Positions 24,339 through 37,634 of a stretch of DNA of 64,000 nt are shown in pieces. Below the pieces are notes generated by a model that saw only the letters and a list, made by a program, of their open reading frames with translations, had not been told where the DNA came from and did no database searches. Position 1 is the stretch's first letter. Every line of letters starts with the position of its first letter. The stretch comes from Lama glama (taxonomy: Eukaryota), in contig CM052818.1 in NCBI GenBank assembly GCA_028534125.1, positions 27,096,001-27,160,000 on the forward strand, given 5' to 3'. A program made the position numbers and the translations under genes.

Positions 24339-25898
24339 TTTTTTTTTTATTACAGTATAGTCAGTTACAATGTGCTAATTTCTGTTTTATAGCGTAATGT
24401 CCCAGTCATGCATATATATGCATATATTTAATATTCTTTTTCATTAAAGATTATTATAAGGTATTGAATATAGTTTCCTGCACTATACAGAAGAAATTTG
24501 TTGTCTATTTTTATATATAGTGGTTAATATTTGCAAATCTCAAACTCCCAAAGTTATCCCTTCCCACATCCTCTCCCAGTAACCATAAGATTGTTTACTA
24601 TGTCTGCAAGTCTGTTTCTGTTTTGTAGATGAGTTCATTAATGTCCTCTTTTTTCTTTTTCTTTTTAGATTCCACATATAAGTGATATATCGTATTTTTA
24701 TTTTTCTTCCTGGCTTACTTCACTTAGAATGATGATCTCAAGGTCAATCTATGTTGCTGCAAATGGCATAATTTTGTTTTTTATGACTGAGTAGTATTCC
24801 ATATATAAATATACCACATCTTCTTTCTCCAGTCATCTGTCAATGGACATTTAGGTTGCTTCCATGTCTTGACTATTGTAAATAGTGCTGCTATGAACAT
24901 TGGGGTGCATGTATCTTTTCATATTAGAGTTCTCTCAGGATATATGCCCAAGAGTGGGATTGCTGGATCATATGGCAAGTCTATTTTCAGTCTGTTGAGG
25001 AATCTTCATACTGTTTTCCATAATGGTTGCACCAAACTACATTCTCACCAACAGTGTAGGAGGGTTCCCTTTTCTCCACACCCTCCTTAGCACTTGTTGT
25101 TTGTGGACTTTTGAATGATGGCCATTCTGACTGGTGTGAGGTGATATTTCATTGTAGTTTTGATTTCCATTTCTCTGATAATTAGTGATACTGAGCATTT
25201 TCTCAATGTGCCTATTGGCTATTCATATGTCTTCATTGGAGAATTGCTTATTTAGGTCTTCTGCCCATTTTAGGATTGGGGTTTTTTTGTTGTTATTGTC
25301 ATTAAGTTCTATAAGCTGTTTATGTATTCTGGAAATTAAGCCTTTGTCAGTCACATCATTTGCAAATATTTTCTCCCATTCCGTAGGTGGTTGTTTTGCT
25401 TTGCCTGTGGTTTCCTTTGCTGTGCAAAAGCTTATAAGTTTAATTAGGTCTCATTTGTTCATTTTTGCTTTTATTTATGTTGCCTGGGTAGACTGCGCGA
25501 GGAGAACATTGCTAAGATTTATGTCAGGGAATGGTTTGCCTATGTTTTCTTCTAGGAGGTTTATAGTGTCTTGTTTTATATTTAAGTCTTTAAGCCATTT
25601 TGAGTTTATTTTTGTGTATGGTGTGAGGGAGTGTTCTAACTTCATTGATTTACATGCTGCTATCCAGCTTTCCCAACACCACTTGACTTGACAAAGAGAC
25701 TGTCTTTTCTTCATTGTATACTCTTGCCTCCTTTGTTGAAGATTAGTTGACTGTAGGTCTGTGGGTTTCTGGGCTCTCTATTCTGTTCCATTGACCCACA
25801 TGTCTGTTTTTATACCAGTACCATGCTGTTTTGATTACTGTAGCTCCATAGTATTGTCTGAAGTCTGGGAGGGTTTTTCCCTCCAGCTTTATTCTTTT
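24339..25898 (-). mobile_element. L1, 5'-truncated (~1.55 kb; ORF2 C-terminus + 3' UTR)
   Basis: ORF fragments [34 protein letters not shown] and [25 protein letters not shown] are L1 ORF2p; poly-T end at 24339; degenerate TSD ttgaagagYagKYctt at 24325-24340 and 25899-25914. Confidence 0.95.
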
Positions 25899-28479
25899 TT
25901 GAAGAGCAGTTCTTTTTGGAGTGTGGAATCTACACATAAATGAAGTTAATCCATAAAATTCATAAGGTATCTTGACTGCCTTAGGGGAAGAGTTTATGAA
26001 CATACCTAAACCTTTCAATTATTTGTGTCCTTCAACGATTAAGTAAAATGCAATCCCATTTCAGTCATTTGTTAGAAACTGAGTAGTTTTATGCTGACTA
26101 AAAATACCAGTGAGGTGCCTGTGGATTAGGTTGGATCTATGGCTCCAAAACACAGCAAGAAAATGAGAGCCTTGAAAAAGTCACCTCTGCAAATACACTT
26201 GGTAAAACTCTCATTTTGTACAGTACAGTAAACTTCATCCTGCCCTATATAGCAGATTAATTTGCTAAGATATTAACTTCTGCTGCTTCTCATTGTATTT
26301 TTACCCCTTACTATTGTAAGAAGGCAGTCAGACTTTTGTGTTCTCCTATCTCAAGTTTGCAAGAGAGAGAGCAGTGTTGCCTGGTGACTCTTCCTCAAGG
26401 CTTTAGGAATTGGTCTCTCTGAATCCTCCTTGTTTGAGGGGATTGGGCTCACTCAGCCCAAAGAGTAATGGAGAGAAAATGATCTTCCCAGACTGGGAAG
26501 GCGGGAGTGGGCAGGTAGGTCCCAGGAAGGGCCGTGCCCTGTTCCGTAGCAGCTGCCTTGGATGGGCATCACTTTGGAGCAGTTCTGGGTGTGGGGCCCT
26601 CGGGGTGGACCCTTAGGCATGAAGCTTCCCCACAGTTGCTGAGATCCCACCAGTCAGGAAACAGTGGAGCTGCTCAGCTTCCAGGAATAACACAGGCTTG
26701 GACACTGAGCGGGGGAGGGCTGTCCCTGAATGTTGTAGATTACACAAGGCTCCTACGGACTGGAGCAGGGAGGGAAGAAGCCCCTGTAATGATGGAATTT
26801 TAATTTCTCAGCCCTCGGCAATTGGCGGTTTGGAGTCAGAGTTGATTTGATGTAGAAATTAAGAGGATGTGATTAGCCAAGGGCCAGAATAAAATTATAC
26901 CCAATACAACTGTGTACGTGAGAGCAAAATACCAGTTTGGAATGAAAGTTGTACATGGGTGGGAGGAGGAGAGCTGGAAGAACTAGTCTCATTTCTTTTT
27001 TTCATCTTTGCTTTCCCTTTTGTAAAACCCCCATGCTGGATTATTTTCAACATGTACGACCTTCTGGATCCAAAGAGCCTCCAGTGGAGATGAGCAATAC
27101 CTTGAAGGGCCCCTGGGGGCCACAGGTAGACCGAAAAAAAAAAAAAAAGAGAAGAAGGAAAAGGAGATGAGAAAGAAGAGAAACGAAAAAGGAAAAGGAA
27201 GTAGGGAAGAGAGAAAGTGACAATTACCTGAAGTAACAATAACCCTACGTGTAGATGCCCTGGTGTGGCAGGTGGTCTCAGGCCACGCCAAAGGAAGATG
27301 CTCATGCTGTTTACTCCTTTTCTCACTTTCCCTGCATCTCTTCTACTTCATGTCTTCAGACAGCCCTTGAGCATCTTAACACCTCATCTGCCTGCAGGCA
27401 ACTTCATTCCTAAATCCTGCCTAGCTTGGGAAGAGTCATTAGGAAGGCATCTGGGGTTGAGCCTTGCACATACCTGAGTTTCAAATCTGGCTCTGCCAAC
27501 TCATGGCACCATGTCTCGGGCACTAGATCCTCAAGAACTGAAAGTAGTGCTCCATGTGTGGCAGGTGTCAGTAAACTGTCCGCCGACCAAAACTCTCAAA
27601 TGACCTCCTCCTTCTTATTTTACCTTCAGACCCCTGGGTGGTGAAGATTTTTAGTCCTGAATAATCACTGGTGAAAACTGAAGGCTGGCTAGAAAAGAGG
27701 CAGAGGGCACTGAAGAGAACCCATGATTTCACCTTCACATCTGTAAGCAGCCCTGATGATCTTGGGTATTTCTGGTCCACCAGTTCTCAAATTTTACCAG
27801 GCATCAACATCACCTGGAGACTGCAAGGTCTCCAGAACCTTGGATCCATAAATGCTTACCTCCAGAAGGAGCTCAGGGGGTCTCCAGGTGTACAAGAGAC
27901 ACTCAAGAGGTGTGTGTGTTTCTCTCTCCAGGAGCTAGGAGACGTTGTAATGTTCTATCTTCCACTTCACTGGATACGTTAGTCTGAAATTCTCTCCAGA
28001 CTTGGTAGATACTTCCATCCTACCAGTACATGCAGGTCTAGCCGTCATGCTTACTCACTAATATATTGTGTGCTCTCTCTTCCCTCTTCATATGTTGGTA
28101 AAAAGGGGTTTTTGTTGGCAGCATTGTTTTATTTCCTTAACACAACCCTAACCACTCTTCTCTGCCAACAACCCTCCCAGCCTAGGCTGATGCAATTAGA
28201 ATCTGTCTCCCAGGAATTTGGGATCAGGACTGAGAGATACGGTCTACACAGGGTGAGAGAAGGGGAACAGTGTGGCAGACACCCAGAGAGAAGCAGAGGC
28301 ACCAATTCTGGACGTCTTTCTATGTGGGGTACAGTCCCAGTGAGTTCCAGCTACCCTTCCTGCCTTGGGTTCTGCGAGCTACCTCATGCCCTGCCAAACT
28401 CTCCCTTTTTTGCTCAAGCATATTGGCCTTGGATTTCTGCTAACTGCCCCTAGATAACCTGCACTGAGATACTCCCCAC

Positions 28480-28985
28480 TGTCCTCACGATGGAGTTCAG
28501 AGTCCTGGACACAGTAACAAAGCTCTTCACGATCTAATACCTGCTTACCTCTCCATCTCTTATCTCAACATGTTTGCGTCCAACTCTGTATCTCAGTCAT
28601 ACTGAACTACTCCTCAGCTCTTTGTACTCTTCAGGTCTTGGGCGTGCTTCTTTCTTTCTCCTGGTAACACTCTTTTCTCCTCATTTTTGCCTGGTCAGTC
28701 CCTATTCAGCCTTCAGAAAGCACTGTAGGCGTGTCACTTTCTTCAGGAAGCCCTCCCAGTTATATAGCTTTTTTCCCCTCCATATTCTTGAAGTATATTT
28801 AGCTTCTGAGTCCTTGTGCTTACATGAGGCATCATAATTCCCTGGTGACTTGTCTTTCTTCCTCTCTAGATTTTGAACTCTGTGAGGGCAAAGACTGAGT
28901 CTCAATCACTGTTGTATCTGAGTGTCTAACAGTATCTCGTACTTGGCTGGCACCCAATAAATACTTGTCCGATGAATGAATGATG
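28480..28985 (+). mobile_element. L2 3' fragment
   Basis: Ends ctgtgagggcaaagactgagtc...caataaatacttgtccgatgaatgaatga. Confidence 0.75.
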
Positions 28986-29904
28986 TGCCTCTCCTGTTGT
29001 CAGTTTTCTGCCTGAGTGGCAGATTGACAATGTTGAACTGAAAAAATGAAAATTACTCTGGCCTCAAGCTATAAACTACAATTTGGAAATGCTCCTGAGA
29101 TGAAGAATCAGATATCACCATGGTCTGGGAATATCCTATTACCTTCATTGAACCTATCTTTTCCCCTGATTTAATTATCATGACAGAGTTTCTAATTAAG
29201 GAAAAGGCCTCATGCATTTATTGATTCAAATGTGCTGTATCACTAGGGAGATTTTGAGAATAAGGTTAGGATTCAGCATATCAGAAATTCAAGCCATTTG
29301 AGATCTCTCAAAGAGGTCTGCCCTTGGGTCATTTAGCACAGACTTTCATAGTCACTGAAAACTGTTGTCATGGTAATCATGGAACCTTTCATGATTTTTG
29401 TATTTGAGTTAATGAAGATACTGGAAAGAGCCCAAAGAAATTCATACTTGGGTGTGCATTTGTCTCCATATTAACCCAATCATTGTTTTGAACACACATC
29501 TGCCCCTGGGCCAATTCTCTTGGCTCTTGGTCCTGACAGGAATAAATAAACAACTGATTCCTTTTTAGTCTTTCAGACTAGGAGGCTGTGGATGGCTGCC
29601 CTTTGGGTTTCATTTCAACAGGAAATCCCACACAAAGGGTTTAAAGGAGCAGAAGAAAAAAAATGGTGCATGAACTAAATCTCTTCTTTTGTTTCAAACT
29701 ATTAATGTTGCTGATTTCAAGGAACCTAAATCTAACACTTACACAGAAGTTTCTGTTATGGAGAGCACAGAACATTGACTATATCTAAAGTCTCTCTTTT
29801 ATGGTCTTTCGTTAATATACCTTAATTCAAGCCTCCATTAAGTCTACAAATTTAGATCCAGATGTCTCAGTGTGCTCATCTTTGAGTGTGAGATTTTCTA
29901 CTGA

Positions 29905-30350
29905 TATCCTGTCCTGCCAGTTCTTTGCCAATATCCATTCTCTCATCTTGCCAGGTACTAGTACTCCTTACTTCTGGCGAGTCATGTAGATACTTGAAAT
30001 CAAGACATTTCCCATTCTTCCTGAATGCTGGCTAATAGTAATTTAAGTAGAAGTGGTATATTTGACTTCATGGGATTATCTTTAAAGGGAGTGAGCATGT
30101 GCCCTTCTTCATCCCTTCCTAAACTGACTGGAATGTGGACGTGATGGATGGAGCTGGGGCAGCCATTTTGGACAATGAATTGAGAGCCAGGTTGAGAAAA
30201 GTAGAATGACAAGATAAAAGGAATTTGGGTCCTTGAAGATTGTGAACCTTCCATAAAAGCCCAGACCATGTTTATGAGAGAGAGAAAGGAAGTTCAGTCT
30301 TATGTAAGCAACTGTTATTTTGGGTTTTCTGTCATCTAATCTTAGCTGAT
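29905..30350 (+). mobile_element. Old MLT1-type LTR
   Basis: ggagctggggcagccattttggacaatga...atgtaagcaactgttattttgggttttctgtca. Confidence 0.6.
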
Positions 30351-30836
30351 GTATCATCAAAAAATGAAATTATTCCTCTTTCCACTGATTGGGTGTGAAC
30401 CTTTTCTGTGAGATGACCTTCTGATCCAGGATGTGCTAGAAGGTGGACAGGTTTGCTGGACCTTTGCATCAGCCAGAGTAAATTTTCTGGTATGGGGAGT
30501 TGGGACAGCATTTCAATGGCAGGAAAATATCTACTCCAGCTTAACCACAGAGACATAGTGTTGCCTGGTTTTTGTATGTGCATTTTGAATTTTTCTCGTA
30601 TAAGTGGAACCACATATCTTTTACCCTAAAATTAGAACTCCTACTTCAAATGCTTTTTGGAATGAAGTAGATGACACATAAGAATCATTAGGGATTAGTC
30701 TGAGTGCAAAGTAATTGTGATAAGACATGAAACCCCCCCAAAACCCCAAACCTTCCAAATTATCTGAAATAAGTATAGTGATCCTCCACATGGGAGGCAC
30801 AGCCTTATACCAGTGAAGAATTGCTATTTTACTTAC

Positions 30837-30902
30837 TGAATTTGGGCCTTTTAATCTTCTTTGTCATTTCTTTATTTGAGTGTATTCCAGTCACCAGCAA
30901 AA
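30837..30902 (-). CDS. VIT: VIT exon 3 (end of signal peptide, basic segment: VLLVTGIHSNKEMTKKIKRPKF)
   Basis: Acceptor tttttttcatgcag|, donor A|gtaagt, 66 nt, phase 1-1, in frame with exons 2 and 4. Confidence 0.96.
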
Positions 30903-31888
30903 CTGCATGAAAAAAATGCAAAAATATCTAATCAATATTAATTCACCCAAATACTTCTCTCTTTGATCTTTATATTCGTTTCAATCACATGTTAAAGTAT
31001 CCTCATTAGTAGAACCAATTTTCCCTGATTTTATGGTTGGGGAAATAAGATGTATCCTTTGTGCTTTTCTAAGCCTCTGCTGAAAGGGTCTTTCAAAAAT
31101 ACCTCTTGGATACCTGTCCTTTGTTTTGCTGTCTTTAAATTTCACCACATCAACTCTACTGTCTCCACTTTCAAAGGTGGGAATGTGGGTCTGGAGAAGT
31201 CCACTGATTTGCTTGGTCCCAGGAATAAAGGATGAGCACCCAGGCCCTTCTTGTGCTCTTTTATCTATTCCACACTGAGTTTCTAAATGGCCAGTTTCCA
31301 AAATACCAGAGAACTGCCTTGCATGTGTGTGCGAGAGTGACAGAGGCCAACGGAGGGGATGTGTTAACAGCCTCAGAGGAAGAATCTGAAAAGGAAGACG
31401 AGGAAGAAGGGGACTGGGAAGAAGAGAGAGAGAGAGACTCCTCACAAGGTGTGGTGTGACCTGACTGTCCCCCGGTGGCCCTCCTCCAGCGGCACCTGGT
31501 TCTGTGACCCTTAGAGGGCAGCTGCAGGTGGGCGGGCTTCCTTCTCAGAAACTAAAGCAGAACCTCAGCCAGCATACTGCGGATGGATACTGCTCTCCTT
31601 CAGGGAGCGTAACAATAGGGGAAGAAAGAGGAATTCTTTATCTTTTTAAAATTTAAAGTCACATTACCAGTTTGAGCCTTGTGTTTTTAAAATATAACAT
31701 TTACTGATTTTTGTCTTATTACCAAAACAATATATGTTCCTTGTAGAACAATGTAAAACACACACACGCACAAAACAGTACTACAGAAAATACAGATGAA
31801 CACAAAAGTAGAGTATTTTTCAGGCTTTTTCTGTATGTCTGTTTTCATATGGGTACCTTTTTACTGAGTTTAACGCCGATTAAAAAAA

Positions 31889-33425
31889 TTTTTTTAATTG
31901 AAGTATAGATGATTTACAATGCTGTATTTGTTTCTGGTGTACAACACAGTGATTCAGTTATACATATATATAGTCTTTTTCATTATAGGTTATTATAAGA
32001 TATTGAATATAGTTCCCTGTGTTATATAGTAGGACCTTATTATTTATCTATTTTATATATAATAGTGTGTATCTGCTAATCCCAAACACCTGATTTATCC
32101 TTCCCCTACCTTTCCCCTTTGGTAACCTATCTCTGTGAGCCTGTTTCTGATTTGTAAATAAGTTCATTTGTATCATTTTTTAGATTCCACATACAAGTGA
32201 TGTCATATGGTATTTATGCTTCTCTGACTTACTTCACTTAGTATGATAATCTCTAGGTCCATCCATGTTGCTGCAAATGGCATTATTTCATTTTTATGTG
32301 TGTGTGGCTGAGTAGTAGTTTGTTGTCTATATATACACCACATCTTCTTTCTCCAGTCATCTGTCAATGGACATTTAGGTTGCTTCCATGTCTTGACTAT
32401 TGTAAATAGTGCTGCTATGAACATTGGGGTGCATGTATCTTTTCAAATTAGAGTTTTCTCTGGATATGTGCCCAAGAGTAGGATTGCTGGATCATATGGT
32501 AACTCTATTTTTAGTTCTTAAAGGAACCTCCAAACTGTTCTCCACAGTGGCTGCACCAAATTACATTCCCACCAACAGCGCAGGAGGGTTCCGTTTTCTC
32601 CACACCCTCCTTAGCACTTGTTGTTTGTGGACTTCTTGATGATGGCCATTCTGATCAGTGTGAGGTGATACCTCATTGCAGTTTTGGTTTGCATTTGTCT
32701 GATAATTAGCAACATTGAGCATCTTTTCATGTGCCTATTGGCCCTCTGCATGTCTTCTTTGAAGAAATGTCTGTTCAGGTCTTCTGACAATTTTTGGATT
32801 GGGTTGTTAGTTTTCTTGTTGTTTAGTTGTATGAGCTGTTTGTGTAGTTTGGAAATTAATCCCTTGTCAGTCACATTGTTTGCAAATATTCTCTCCCAGT
32901 CTATAGGTTGTCTTTTCGTTTTATTTATGGTTTCTTTTGTTGAGCAATCACTTATAAGTTTGATTAGGTCCCATTTGTTTATTTTTGCTTTTATTTCTAT
33001 TGCGTTGGGAGACTGACCTACGAAAACATTGCTATGATTTGTATCAGAGAATGCTTTGCCTGTGTTCTCTTCTAGGAGTTTTATGGTGTCCTGTCTTACA
33101 TTTAAGTCTTCAAGCCATTTTGAGTTTATTTTTCTAACTTCATTGATTTACATTTGGCTGTCCAGCTTTCCCAGCACTACTTGTGAAGAGACTTCTTTTC
33201 TCCATCCTTGTGGAATATTAATTGACTGTGGGTGTGTGGGTTTATTTCTGGGCTCTCTATTCTGTTCCATTCCATTGATCCTTATGTCTTTTTTTTGTGC
33301 CAGTACCACACTGTTTTGATTATTGTAGCTCTGCAGTATTGTCTGAAGTCTGGGAGGATTCTGCCCCCAGCTGTGTTCTTTTTCCTGAGTTTTGCTTTGG
33401 CAGTACTGGGTCTTTGTGGTTTCTA
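31889..33425 (-). mobile_element. L1, 5'-truncated (~1.5 kb; ORF2 C-terminus + 3' UTR)
   Basis: ORF fragments [19 protein letters not shown]..., [27 protein letters not shown]...HMKRCS...RYHLT are L1 ORF2p C-terminal segments. Confidence 0.95.
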
Positions 33426-35206
33426 TACAGGTACTAAACAAACATTTGATGATGCTCATACCGTTTACAGTGTGTTATAACTTATTGCTACTTAAGGATA
33501 TTTAGAAACACTTTTTCTTGTCATTTAATGTCCCTCTCCCAATAATTTTAACTGCCTGCAAAATATTGCAATGTGTGGATATATCATAATTTAGCTAAAT
33601 CCTAATGTAATGTAAATAGCTTCATCTTTGCACTGATCCCTTATTATCTCCTTAAAATACAGTTCCAAATAGGATTTCTTGTCTGAAAGATATGCCCACT
33701 TAAAAATTTGATACATATTGTGAAATTTTCTCATAGCAATTTTTTTATTACTAATGTCTGAAAATGCTCACTTCTGTCTACCTATGCTAATTTTGCCTGT
33801 AGACAGAAAAGCATGTTTTTCCTTTTATAAGGCTAGTCAGTCTCTATTCTTATTCTGTCCTCCTCAGGCATTCTTCTACCTGACCCAACCAAAGATGGTA
33901 CTGCTCTAACTTACCTCCATTTTAGCCATCTTTTTTTGAGAAACCCACTTTCTAGGAGGAGCTGGAATTCTGGGGATGAACATGAGGCAGCTGAGTAATC
34001 AAAATAGGCATTTTACTTCCTAGTTATGCCTTTTTTTTTTTTTAACAGAACACAGATGCTCCATTAAGGGATAAATCAGGACTCAGGAATTCTTGAATTG
34101 GCAACTATTTTTGAAGGAAAAAGTGGCCCTGTCACCAAGTGTTTGTTAAGAAAACTTTTATTTATTTTATGGATTATCTATAGCTAAGCTGTGCCAGTGA
34201 TGTAGCTCCTGAATTATCCCCAGTTTTGACTACTAGCTTAGTTGAGGCCTGGACAGTTGACATACCATGTCCTGCAAGAACAAAACTGTGAAAGAGAACT
34301 GAGTGAGCACCAAAAGTCTAGCCAAGTAGAATGAAGGCAGACATTTTTTAGGTGTTATTTACTTCTGGGGTTTGGGTGGGTTTGAGTGTCCTGGAGGTCT
34401 AATGTTTATAGTAGTCTCTGTGTCACTTAACTCTGTCCAAAGACCGCATCTTCATTTTATACACAAAAATAAATAACTAGAATTCTAGAATATTTTTAAA
34501 AACAAGTATGAAATATTATATAGAAAAAACTTATGCAAGTTAAGTAGGGGGAGTAAGTGAATAGTTTTAAATGTGGGTCTCAGTTCTTGGTGGAAAACAA
34601 AATACTGTCCTTCTAGGGCTGTGTGCCTGTGGCAAGTGGTTTATAAGACTTGGTATCATTAGAACTATAAATATTTCAGTAAGACCACCCCAACACTCAC
34701 ATTTGCTCGCCCAGGACCCTCCATGCTGAAAACATGAAGAGCTGGGTTCAGCTTTACAGCAGCAGTTAATAAAGTCATTATTCTCGGTGGTACACAGAGC
34801 CCCTCCCCTCAGCTTCCATCCTTGTTAATTAAAGCTCCCCAGAAACCACTCCTCAAGAGGAGGGCTGGTCAGTCAGGCTGCAGATGTGCTCGTGCCCTGA
34901 AGCAAGTCTTCATTCCTCTTCAGCAAGACGTCTCTTGCTACCTTGGAAATGGTGACTTGCACATGGAATTTGGGTGAGAGAAAAATCAACATTGTGTTCC
35001 TCTTCTTAAGAAGCCAGGCAAAGTGCTGAGATGGATAGTGGATGCTCACTTGGAAGTGCAAGGCAGAACACACTTCTGAATTTGTGGGATTAGTTATCTG
35101 GCCACTGAGGCCATTAGAGTCTAGAAGCCTTGAGGAGAAATCAAGTCTAGAGGCCGAAGTTCCAACGCGATCATGATTTACCAACTCTGCAGCCATACTT
35201 CTCAAA

Positions 35207-35355
35207 TTTTTTTTCTTAGTTTTTTTGTGGGGGGCTGGCTAGGTAATTAGGTCTATTAGTTTAATTATTTTTTTCAGTGGAGGTGCTGGGAACTGAACCC
35301 AGGAATTCGTGCATGCTGAGCACGTGCTCTACCACTTGAGCTATATCCTCCCCCC
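35207..35355 (-). mobile_element. tRNA-derived SINE (Vic-1-like), second unit of a tandem pair
   Basis: Reverse complement of the same head/body/tail as the 766-914 element. Confidence 0.9.
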
Positions 35356-35477
35356 TTTTTGGGGAAGGGGGTAGGTAATTAGGTTTATTTATTTATTTTG
35401 TTAGTGGAGGTACTGGGGATTGAACCTAGGACCTCATGTATGCTAGGCACACACTGCCACTGAGCTATACCCTCCCC
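35356..35477 (-). mobile_element. tRNA-derived SINE (Vic-1-like), first unit of a tandem pair
   Basis: GGGGAGGGTATAGCTCAGTGG...GGTTCAATCCCCAGTACCTCC...CCTAATTACC on the minus strand. Confidence 0.9.
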
Positions 35478-35689
35478 TGCTCATATTTCTCAGTTTTAAA
35501 ACTTCAGTGTTCCAGTTTTGACTAACATGAAAAGTTCTCACCTTTCACTAGTCATGCTTGAAATTTCAAAACAAATTAAATGTTGAACTTATTTTTTCAA
35601 ATAAAAAGTTTCCCTCTACTTCTCTTTCTCTTCCTCTAGTGTGGCCATCAGTACAGTTAACTGTTTAATTGTTTAAAATTCAATTTCAG

Positions 35690-36266
35690 TAAATTATCAT
35701 CCAGCTAATTTATAGGGAGAATACAAATGAATTAGCTTAAAACAATGTTCAGTCTCATTAATGATAAAGCGAAACAACAGGATATTTTCCCATATAGTGT
35801 ATTGAATACTGAACACAAGATTATCCAGTACTCTGTTGGTAAATTCTAAGCAGGTGCAGGAGTCCTTCTGGAAAGCCATTTGATAATACATTTCAATAGC
35901 CTTAAAAACATTTATGTGCTTTGCCCTAAAAAATAGATACCTAGTGATATATCCCAAGTTATAATCAGAGATACAGACAAAGATTTATGTAAAGATGTTC
36001 ATTACAGCATTATTGCTAATAGCAATCTGGAAATAATGAAATGTTGGAAATGTTCCAACAATGGGGAAATCCTAAGCATTTGTTGCAGATGATGTGTAAC
36101 AGAACACTGAACGACTGTGGAAGTATGAGCTCCAACCTTAAGGACGATTCTGACAAAATTAGAATATATGCAGAGAGAAGTACCTCAAACAAATATACCA
36201 AAATGTTAATAATGGTGGAGATATAATTCCTATTTTATATTTTCTACGTTTTTCCCATTTCCTAGT

Positions 36267-36305
<39 letters not shown>

Positions 36306-36350
36306 TTATGTAGAATGTTTCTTTTCTAATTAGAAAAAGACAATTATTTT
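35690..36350 (+). mobile_element. Old L1 (L1ME/MC-type) fragment
   Basis: ttctggaaagccatttg...aaagatgttcattacagcattatt...aaatgttccaacaatggggaa; degenerate. Confidence 0.6.
36275..36301. repeat. (TA)n microsatellite
   Basis: Directly visible. Confidence 0.95.
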
Positions 36351-36647
36351 TTAATTTGGTCATATTGAAATCACATAGACATATAATAATGAAAAGTGCT
36401 TTCTAAAGTCTTTAGTGTGGTTAATACTCACTTGTGTTTCTGTTTTCCTATCAGTAATAAATTATAACCAGAATCCATTTACTTTCAAGAAAAGACATGA
36501 AATGCTGAAACATATAACCAATGATCAAATCAGTAAGTACTTACTGAGTATTTATTATGTGTCTAGAACTTTTATTGGAATGCCTCCTTCCAGCCCATGA
36601 ACTTCTTGTTTGACTTCTTGGTGCCCTCAAGATACTAACCCAGGTGG

Positions 36648-37084
36648 TGTTCACAGGAATTCTTTCCTTGACCAAACTTGAGTCAGGCTCCTCTACGCCC
36701 TCTTCTCAACTAAGCTTCGACCTTGGGCTTCTGTGTCTGTCCTTGTTGGGCCTGCATCACTCAGTTTTAGCAAGAATCTTGTTTAGAGAGAATCCTCCAC
36801 CCTCGATATCTGATCGCCCTGGTCTGCCTTTAGTCGGAATCCTGTCCGGTTGGTTTAGCAAGAATCCCCCTACTCCCTTTGATGTCTCCTCTTAGTAATT
36901 CCCATCCCCTGACCCCTGCAACCTGCTCCTTGGCTATAAATCCCCACTTGTCCTTGTTGTGTTTGAAACTGAGCCCAGTTCTCCTGATTCTGTACTGAGG
37001 TCTCCTTCCCCCTGTTGCAGGGTTTCCTGATGAAAATCTGTTTTTACTGCTTTGAATACTGCCCAGCTCTGGTGGTCTTTAACA
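36648..37084 (+). mobile_element. Solo ERV1 LTR (MER31-like)
   Basis: TG...CA ends; ccttgaccaaactt.agtcaggctcctct, repeated tttagcaagaatc blocks, ttggctataaatcccc; near-TSD gtgg/gtgt. Confidence 0.8.
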
Positions 37085-37634
37085 GTGTCCACAGTGCCTT
37101 CCTGAAAACTGATTTATACAGCAGATCATTTTAAATCAGCTCAGATCTCCCCTATGCTTTGATTTGGAGTTACACACTCAGTGGAACATCTAGCATCAAA
37201 TATATCAGAGCTTCATAGCATGGGTAGGACAGTTTATCCTCTCTGTTCACATAAATCACAAAATTATGCTTCGAACCATAGAATAGTAAAGCTGGGAGGA
37301 GCTTTGGAGGTCATCTGTTTTGTAGAAAAGAAACTAAGGTCCAGGTTGACCCCTTGGCTAAAGCTGTGGTTTTGGGTGGCGGGTGGGGGTGGTTGTGGGC
37401 AGAAGCTGGAACTAGAACGTATGTTTGCTGGGGCAGCCTTCGGCTCTGCGTGCTGCTTTGTCCCCATGAGTGCAGTCAGGGATTATACATGGAGCTCCAG
37501 TGACGATGGGCAGCACTGCTACGTCATAAACGGAAACGTATCTAGAGCAAACATTCTAGCTCTGATGTTTATTAATTAAACACTTAATTGACATTAATTT
37601 AGAGGGCTTTTGGGAGATCATTGGATGGTTCTGT

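Noticed and set aside
31232..31459. Acidic ORF (ASEEESEKEDEEEGDWEEERERD)
   Set aside because: Product of a purine-rich low-complexity tract ending in (GA)n.
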